Positions 57,888-64,000 of a stretch of DNA of 64,000 nt are shown here, piece after piece. Each line of letters begins with the position of its first letter. Within the stretch, counting starts at the first letter, position 1. A program made the position numbers and the translations under genes. The stretch covers positions 3,552,001 through 3,616,000 of the forward strand of contig OY764159.1 in assembly GCA_963668175.1 (NCBI GenBank), written 5' to 3'. The notes beneath the pieces were generated by a model. The model had not been told where the DNA came from and searched no databases. It saw only the letters and a list, made by a program, of their open reading frames with translations. The stretch is from Syntrophales bacterium. Lineage in GTDB: Bacteria > Desulfobacterota > Syntrophia > Syntrophales > PHBD01.

Positions 57888-58772
57888 TCAAACCCTTTCC
57901 GCTTCCGCCTGTCCAAACAGGCCCTGCGGCCGGACAAAGAGAATAATAAGCAGGATGACGAAGACGATGGCCTCCTTGTAGCTCGCCGATACCATTCCCG
58001 CTCCGAACGATTCGAGGATTCCCAGGAGGAGCCCTCCGGCCACCATGCCGACGCCGCTGCTCATCCCGCCGATGATGGCCGTGCAGAAGCCTTTCAGCCC
58101 GAGCATGATGCCCACATCGTAAGAGGTCATCGTCAAGGGAGCGATGATGATGCCGGCCAGGGAACCCACGGCGGAACTTATGGCGAAGGAAAGCCGCACC
58201 ATCCGGACGACATCGATGCCGACCAGCCCCGCGGCCCTGCGGTTGAACGAGCAGGCGCGCATGGCCTTGCCCACGATGCTGTAATGGAAGAAAAGCCTGC
58301 TCAGGACGATGACCACGACGGTAATGCCGAAGATCCAGAGATGCTGGGGAAGGAGCGTGGCGTCCATGAAATAGAGAGGTTCGCTTCCCGTAAAGGCGGG
58401 CAGCGCGTGGGTGTCCTTTCCCCAGATCAGCATGGAGATGCCGCGGAGCAGAATACTGACGCCGATGGTGATAATGACGAGGGCGAGAGGCGTCGGCTTC
58501 TTCAGGGGCCTGATGGCAAGGTACTCGAACGCTATGCCGACGGCTGTCGAGACCGCAACAGCCAGAAGAACGGCCAGCGGCAGCGGCAGATTGAGCACGC
58601 TGAAGAAAAAGAGCGTCGCCATCCCGCCCAGCATGACGAACTCGCCCTGGGCGAAGTTGATGATGCCCGTCGCGTTAAAGATAACGGCAAAGCCGAAACC
58701 GATGAGGGCGTAAATGGCGCCGTTGGACAGTCCCGTCAGCGTATATTGTATGATTTGCCGAAAATCTTCCAT
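57888..58772 (-). CDS. livH: LIV-type ABC permease
   Basis: YALIG, INFAQGE, GKAMRA, RPQGLFG. Confidence 0.92.
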   Translation of the reverse strand: MEDFRQIIQYTLTGLSNGAIYALIGFGFAVIFNATGIINFAQGEFVMLGGMATLFFFSVLNLPLPLAVLLAVAVSTAVGIAFEYLAIRPLKKPTPLALVIITIGVSILLRGISMLIWGKDTHALPAFTGSEPLYFMDATLLPQHLWIFGITVVVIVLSRLFFHYSIVGKAMRACSFNRRAAGLVGIDVVRMVRLSFAISSAVGSLAGIIIAPLTMTSYDVGIMLGLKGFCTAIIGGMSSGVGMVAGGLLLGILESFGAGMVSASYKEAIVFVILLIILFVRPQGLFGQAEAERV

Positions 58773-58777
58773 GGTTT

Positions 58778-59920
58778 CTATTTAACGAGCGACCACTTTC
58801 CCTTTTTGACCTCCACCAGAACGAAGGCGTCCTTGGTGAGTCCGGCATGATCCTGGGCGGAAAAGTTGAATATCCCGCCGATCCCGGAGAAGTTCCTGGT
58901 TTTCTCAAGCTGGTCGCGAATGGCAGCAGGTTCCGCCCCTCCGCGTTCAATGGCCCCCTTCAGGAGCATTACCGCATCCCATGCATGGCCTCCGAAATGA
59001 TCGCCTTCCGTCTTGTACACCTTTTTGTAGCCCTTTACAAAGGACGTGAGGGATTTTTTCTGCGGGTCCGAATTCGGGAGCAGATCGGCGACGAGCACAC
59101 GCCCCGAAGGCAGCACGATGCCTTCGCTCGCATCACCGGCCAGTTCGATGAACTTCTTCGAGGACACGCCGTGACTCATCAGGAGGGGTATCTTCATACC
59201 CAGTTGCTTGAAGTTCCGGGCGATGACGGCCGGACCGGGATTGGTCCCCCAGCAGATAAGCGCCTGGGCCTTGCTGTCGCGGATTTTGGTCAGCTGGGCT
59301 GTCATGTCCGTATCCTTCGGCCCATAAGTCTCATCGGAAATGATCTGGATGCCGAAACCCGCCGCCTGGCCTTTCAACTGCTCGCGACCGGACGAACCGA
59401 AGGAATCGGAAACGGTGAGCAGCGCGACGCGGTTGATATTCTTCTTTTTCAGGTATTCGTAAATCCTGGCTGCGGCCAGGGAATCGTTTTGAGCTGTTTT
59501 GAAAACCCATTTCTTGGCCGGCTCGGTGATCTTGATCCCGGCGGCACAGGAAATGAGCGGTAGCGCGGCCTTTTCAACCAGGGGGATGACCGCCATGGTA
59601 TCGCCTGTCGTACTGGGACCGATGATCGCCGCGACCTTGTCCTCCTTGATAAGGCGGTTCGCCGCCTGGACGGCTTTCGTCGCGTCGCCCTGTGTATCGT
59701 AGGTGACAAGCTGGAGCATTCGGCCGCCGATCCCGCCCGCCTTATTGATTTCGCCGACGACCATCTCGGCGGTGTTTCGTTCCGGCTCGCCCAAGAACGA
59801 CGGCGGCCCGCTTATGGAGAAGAGCGCCCCTATCTTGATGGGTGGCGCAGCCTGAACAGTTCCCGCCGCCATGACGAATGCCGCCAATACCAATACCAAC
59901 CTCAATATTCTGTGTGACAT
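58778..59920 (-). CDS. LivK-family substrate-binding protein (possibly for aromatic acids)
   Basis: Signal peptide, KIGALFSISGP, type I PBP; in an operon with paaK. Confidence 0.88.
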   Translation of the reverse strand: MSHRILRLVLVLAAFVMAAGTVQAAPPIKIGALFSISGPPSFLGEPERNTAEMVVGEINKAGGIGGRMLQLVTYDTQGDATKAVQAANRLIKEDKVAAIIGPSTTGDTMAVIPLVEKAALPLISCAAGIKITEPAKKWVFKTAQNDSLAAARIYEYLKKKNINRVALLTVSDSFGSSGREQLKGQAAGFGIQIISDETYGPKDTDMTAQLTKIRDSKAQALICWGTNPGPAVIARNFKQLGMKIPLLMSHGVSSKKFIELAGDASEGIVLPSGRVLVADLLPNSDPQKKSLTSFVKGYKKVYKTEGDHFGGHAWDAVMLLKGAIERGGAEPAAIRDQLEKTRNFSGIGGIFNFSAQDHAGLTKDAFVLVEVKKGKWSLVK

Positions 59921-60295
59921 GGTTCCCTCCTTAGGTCATAATAATTATGAACAGCTGTCGCATACAGCGGTTGACAGCGAAAAACGATTTGTCGATGGGA
60001 AAAAAGTACCGGTTCAGTCGTTGATTAGCCTGCTCTCCCGTTGAACGGCCGGGAAGCAGGCATTAATACTTGTAGGTATACCCGCAGGTATAGGGATGGG
60101 CTTGAAGTGAATAATGGATGGAACTAACTTTAAACATAGCCATGTCTTCGGTTAATCGTCGTTGGTTTCTCCCTAGTGGATTCAGGCCGATCTGTCAAGC
60201 ATTTTTATCGGCAAAGGAATGGGAAATGCCCCTTTCCCCCTCGTATGACCCAGTAATGCCTCGCGGCCGCGGAGAAACAGGCGGACCTGGAACGG

Positions 60296-60991
60296 TTATA
60301 GACGATAGGGAATGGGGTCTTCGATCCCAGCCTCGGCAAAACCCTTTCTGCGGAGCAGGCAGCTGTCGCACCGGCCGCACGACCGGCCGTCCGAAGCAGG
60401 GTCGTAGCAGCTGTGCGTGATGCCGTAATCGACGCCCAGTGAAATTCCCTTCATGATGATTTCCGCCTTGGTCATATGAATCAACGGCGTCCTGATACGG
60501 GTGCGAATACTGCCCTCCACACCGGCCTTCGTCGCCAGATTGGCCGTCTTTTCGAAGGCCGCGATGAATTCCGGCCGGCAGTCGGGATAGCCACTGTAAT
60601 CGATCGCATTCACACCGATAAAGATATCGGCCGCTCTCAGGACTTCCGCCCATGCCAGTGCGAAAGACAGGAAGATCGTGTTGCGCGCCGGAACATACGT
60701 GACCGGAATCCCATCGCCCAGTTCATCGGCGGAACGGTTCTTGGGGATGTCCGATTTCCCGGTAAGGGCCGATCCGCCGATGGCGGAAAGGTCGATGCGC
60801 ATAACGAGATGCTCTCTAGCGCCGAAAAAATCTGCGACCTTCTTCGCCGCCGTCAGCTCCAGGGCATGCCGCTGGCCGTAGTTAAAGCTCAGACTGTAGA
60901 TCTCGTAACCTTCCGCCCTGGCGATCGCCATCAGGGTGGTCGAATCCAGTCCTCCGCTGGTGAGGACAACGGCCCTCTTTTCGGTGCTCAT
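60296..60991 (-). CDS. queC: 7-cyano-7-deazaguanine synthase
   Basis: SGGLDS, YGQRH, TYVPARN, GYPDCR, SCY...CGRCDSC. Confidence 0.96.
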   Translation of the reverse strand: MSTEKRAVVLTSGGLDSTTLMAIARAEGYEIYSLSFNYGQRHALELTAAKKVADFFGAREHLVMRIDLSAIGGSALTGKSDIPKNRSADELGDGIPVTYVPARNTIFLSFALAWAEVLRAADIFIGVNAIDYSGYPDCRPEFIAAFEKTANLATKAGVEGSIRTRIRTPLIHMTKAEIIMKGISLGVDYGITHSCYDPASDGRSCGRCDSCLLRRKGFAEAGIEDPIPYRL

Positions 60992-61005
60992 GCCGCCCAT
61001 CTCCT

Positions 61006-62067
61006 TCAATGATTTCCGGTCGGGTCTTCGAACCATCTCATAAAAAACTGTTTTTTATTTTCGCAGCGTCCGTCATGCCAGCAAGGGTGATAAACGGTAT
61101 CTTGCTGCCCTGCCCGCTTCAATCGTATTTCGTAAGGTCTGCCTTCGCGGACCACATGGACGTAAAGGGCAAAACTGTCGGCAAAATCCTCCCAGATATT
61201 CACGGAGGCCTGCAACGAGGGGAAATCGGTCGCAGTGAAGAGGCGGCGATACACCGTTTCTATCTGACCTGTCGTCAGCAATGCCCCATGAAACCGGTAA
61301 AAACGGACGAGGCTGCGTGCCGGAAATAGTTCGTCGTAGCGGCTCTTCACCGCTCCCTTTTCCATCTTCCAGGAAATGGCCGTAAACGGATACCGGTCCG
61401 AAACGGCCGCCGGTTCGTTCCATGAAGGATGGGCACCGCTTGCCATGCCGAGGACATGACCGATTTCATGCAACAGGATAAAGCGGATGGCATTCTCCAC
61501 GCTATCTTCGGCCGGCTTTTCTATGACGACGTCGAGCTTTACATCCTTATCCGGCTCCGTCTTAAAGACGCTGTTCTCCTTCCAGGTTGCCCATTCGTTG
61601 GCCCTCCTTTTCAGGAGCAGGCCTCGGTTCAGAACGATGAATGCATACTTCTCTTTCTGATTCTCGTCCCTGACCGCCTCGGCAAAACCCGCGCCGCCCA
61701 GATGATCGACCAGAAAGACGCCAATGACCCTGTCCGTCAGAAGTCTTCTCACCTTATCCGGGAGACGTTCCTCGATGTGCTGCAACACCATCCCGAATTC
61801 GGGTGCAGGTTCGGCCGGCGTCGGCCGCTCCGTGAATCCGTGTAACTCGTTTTCAACGGTCAATAATTGGATGACAAGATCAGGGGCTTTGGCGATCCGC
61901 TGCGACAGAGGCTTTTCCTTCCACGCAAATCCCCAGTAACGGATCGTTTGTGTTTGCCGAAAGGATAAATCGGCCTGAACCGAGGCAGAAGCGGGGAGAT
62001 AAGAAATGAAGAGGCATGGCGCGGCAAACACGGCGAAGACGAGAAAGTGCACGTACATTCTTTTCAT
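61006..62067 (-). CDS. Exported putative zinc metallopeptidase
   Basis: Signal-like N-terminus, LLHEIGH (HExxH) and downstream EDFADSF. Confidence 0.6.
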   Translation of the reverse strand: MKRMYVHFLVFAVFAAPCLFISYLPASASVQADLSFRQTQTIRYWGFAWKEKPLSQRIAKAPDLVIQLLTVENELHGFTERPTPAEPAPEFGMVLQHIEERLPDKVRRLLTDRVIGVFLVDHLGGAGFAEAVRDENQKEKYAFIVLNRGLLLKRRANEWATWKENSVFKTEPDKDVKLDVVIEKPAEDSVENAIRFILLHEIGHVLGMASGAHPSWNEPAAVSDRYPFTAISWKMEKGAVKSRYDELFPARSLVRFYRFHGALLTTGQIETVYRRLFTATDFPSLQASVNIWEDFADSFALYVHVVREGRPYEIRLKRAGQQDTVYHPCWHDGRCENKKQFFMRWFEDPTGNH

Positions 62068-62107
62068 GTGCGCCATTTGCAAGCACTGTCCGGAAGAGAG
62101 GAAGCCG

Positions 62108-62530
62108 CTATTTCCTCTTCCATCGCCATCTCTTTTTGACTTTGACCTTGGAGACAGGTTTTTGTTTGGCTTCGGTTTTGACAACCGTCAGCGGGGGCTC
62201 ATCGAGAAAGGATTTCTTAACGACCAGTATGCCGTCCCTGGGATCGAACAGGTAAATGGTGACGTAGTCGCCTTCGTAATGCTTATACATGGCCGCGATA
62301 GCGCCGCCGCTCTTGAATTTGACCAGATCGGCAGGGACCGTCTCGCGGGCGGATGCTACCGACCCGCCGATTTTGGGTTGGACCTGATCGGACGGAACCG
62401 TTTCGCTGACGGGAGGCACGGAACCGCCGTTTTTGGATTTGTCTTCATCTGGTGCCGCTGCATCATCCGCGTAGGTTATCGTTCCTAATGAAAGAATAAG
62501 GAGAGAAATCCATGCGATTGCACATTTCAT
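62108..62530 (-). CDS. Hypothetical exported protein
   Basis: Signal peptide, GGAGG RBS and a basic C-terminal tail. Confidence 0.65.
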   Translation of the reverse strand: MKCAIAWISLLILSLGTITYADDAAAPDEDKSKNGGSVPPVSETVPSDQVQPKIGGSVASARETVPADLVKFKSGGAIAAMYKHYEGDYVTIYLFDPRDGILVVKKSFLDEPPLTVVKTEAKQKPVSKVKVKKRWRWKRK

Positions 62531-62867
62531 AATGGCCTCCCTTGATTATTTGAGGAATCGATTTACGACATACAGATGGTTTCTATACCTTTTTTTATCG
62601 ATGATGTCGAACCTTTTGATACAGATCGCGAGGAGAATGCCGTCCCCGGTTTTTCGAAACGGAAAATCAGGAAATCCCCGATTGCCGAAACAGATAGAGT
62701 CTAATATGCATGTACGAAAGCCGTTCATATGCGGCAGGCAGAATAAGAACGAACCAACTTGTTCCCAGGGATGGCGTCCCGAATCCCAACCTCTGACGGA
62801 AGGTATCGCTCTGCATTAGGAAGAGCAACACTATCGTGCACTCCTCAGAGACAGAAAGGAGTTTAAG

Positions 62868-63485
62868 ATGAAAGCAAGCGCACAACGAGAAAAAGAGTCC
62901 ATGGGCAGCGCTTTTCCTCAGTTTTCGTCGGAAAACGCTGATTTAATGTCCCAGGTTCCGGATGTCTACAAGAAAATGACCGATGCCTGGTTGAATTTTG
63001 CTAAAATCGCAGCGGACAAGGAGAGCAAGCCCGAAGATGTATCCAAGGCGTTGGTGGAACCGCTCGGCGCCATGTACAACGACATCGTCCAAGTCTTTTA
63101 CAAGGCCTGTTCCGCCATGGGATTACCCGTATCGGGAGAAAAAGCGTCCCTGGACGAAATTTCCAGGAATTGGGCGAATTTCACCGGCAGATTCGCCCCG
63201 ACTTTACCGAACCTGGATACGATGAACGAGGCGACCCGGCGTACGATCGAAATGTCCGAAAAGATCAGGGATACGTATCTGAATCTGGCCCATGATCAAA
63301 TGGAATATATGCAGAAGCTGGTCAAGGCGAATCTGTCCGGAGAACCGAACCAGATCATGAATGCCTATTCCGAAACATCCAAGATGCTGTTCGATAAGTG
63401 GTTTTCGTTCATCACGGATCAGGCCAATTCCCGTATCCAGTTTTGGAAATCCTTTATACCCAAGGATAAATCGGCCTCCCGATAG
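62868..63485 (+). CDS. Hypothetical helical protein (possibly phasin/PhaE-like)
   Basis: AAGGAG RBS and amphipathic helical character. Family assignment is weak. Confidence 0.55.
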   Translation: MKASAQREKESMGSAFPQFSSENADLMSQVPDVYKKMTDAWLNFAKIAADKESKPEDVSKALVEPLGAMYNDIVQVFYKACSAMGLPVSGEKASLDEISRNWANFTGRFAPTLPNLDTMNEATRRTIEMSEKIRDTYLNLAHDQMEYMQKLVKANLSGEPNQIMNAYSETSKMLFDKWFSFITDQANSRIQFWKSFIPKDKSASR

Positions 63486-63514
63486 CTCTGAAAAGGAACT
63501 GTGTCGCAGACCCG

Positions 63515-63580
63515 CGGATATCTGCCGAAAGGAACAAAGGGGGTTCATCCTTTCCTTTTTGCAGATATCCGTTCTTTTCT
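63515..63580 (+). terminator. Probable intrinsic terminator/stem-loop
   Basis: CGGATATCTGC (63515-63525) and GCAGATATCCG (63561-63571) form a perfect inverted repeat with inner pairing, followed by TTCTTTTCT. Confidence 0.6.
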
Positions 63581-63596
63581 TCCAGGGAGCATGTCC

Positions 63597-64000
63597 ATGG
63601 CCAGAACAACGAAAAAGACCGCCATTCCCTACTTCGAACCCTGGTTGCGATACAGGGAGGCGATCCTTGATTTTTGGAACGGACTGACCTTGGCCGGAAG
63701 CCGTTCTCCCGCAGAAGTAAAACCGGATATACCCTCTTTGGCTCCGACCGAGAAATCCCGGGATGGCGCGGACCATCGCGGCATATCGGAATACCTTTAT
63801 AAGTACGACGAGTTCATGAAGTATTGGAATTTCCAGGGCGGGTCGGCCGAACCGGGTGGCCCCGCCCGAACCGATGAACTGCCCGCGGCGGGACACGGCA
63901 GCGGCGAAGGACCTCCCCATCCCGAGGCAAAGCACTCAGACCTGCTGCACGAATATTTACAGAGTCTTGTCAGGGGCGTGGACAAGTACCTGGCGTTTTG
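63597..64000 (+). CDS. Hypothetical protein, 3'-truncated by window edge (not in the ORF track)
   Basis: GGGAG RBS, then MARTTKKTAIPYFEPWLRYREAILDFW..., open to the window end. Confidence 0.55.
   Translation, partial: MARTTKKTAIPYFEPWLRYREAILDFWNGLTLAGSRSPAEVKPDIPSLAPTEKSRDGADHRGISEYLYKYDEFMKYWNFQGGSAEPGGPARTDELPAAGHGSGEGPPHPEAKHSDLLHEYLQSLVRGVDKYLAF

Noticed and set aside
60028..60061. Hairpin GCCTGCT...AGCAGGC upstream of the second LIV operon as a riboswitch or terminator
   Set aside because: No recognisable aptamer consensus and no U-tract on the coding strand.
60992..61040. preQ1 riboswitch before queC
   Set aside because: Only 14 bp separate queC from the upstream gene and no motif is seen.
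1..64000. CRISPR arrays, tRNA/rRNA genes, transposases, prophage or defence systems
   Set aside because: None recognised by eye. The PIN-PhoH gene has no adjacent antitoxin and fits the YlaK type. A covariance-model search was not possible.

Overview
A 64-kb GC-rich bacterial segment. Gene content suggests an anaerobic Desulfobacterota (Syntrophales-like) organism, which is an inference. Contents in order: (1) an acyl-CoA degradation cluster with a LIV-type ABC importer, two 4-hydroxybutyryl-CoA dehydratase (AbfD) paralogs, hbd, crt, thiolase, a family III CoA-transferase, an SDR and a GntR regulator; (2) a putative phosphate-starvation regulon, marked by four arrays of 11-bp-spaced Pho-box-like repeats. 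These lie upstream of a sensor-domain/pit pair, a six-gene unknown operon, an EAL-CBS-GGDEF/arsC pair and pstS; (3) a reductive-type dsr cluster (YeiH/PSE transporter, dsrABDNC, an extra dsrMK pair, dsrMKJOP, osmC); (4) a MATE transporter and a divergent, truncated CysRS-like ligase; (5) mlaEFDC-vacJ with an MlaF fused to a degenerate GGDEF-like domain; (6) a TMTC-like glycosyltransferase, a second LIV ABC system with a PaaK-like ligase, queC and hypothetical proteins. The best candidate for an undescribed system is the Pho-box-preceded operon at 14840-22698. It encodes an 819-aa protein with glutamine-synthetase/glutamate-cysteine-ligase-like motifs, a PSD-family decarboxylase, DksA, a HAD/phosphodiesterase-like fusion, PIN-PhoH and a divergent Lgt. 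I hypothesise that it remodels membrane lipids under phosphate limitation. No rRNA, tRNA, CRISPR array or intact mobile element was recognised.
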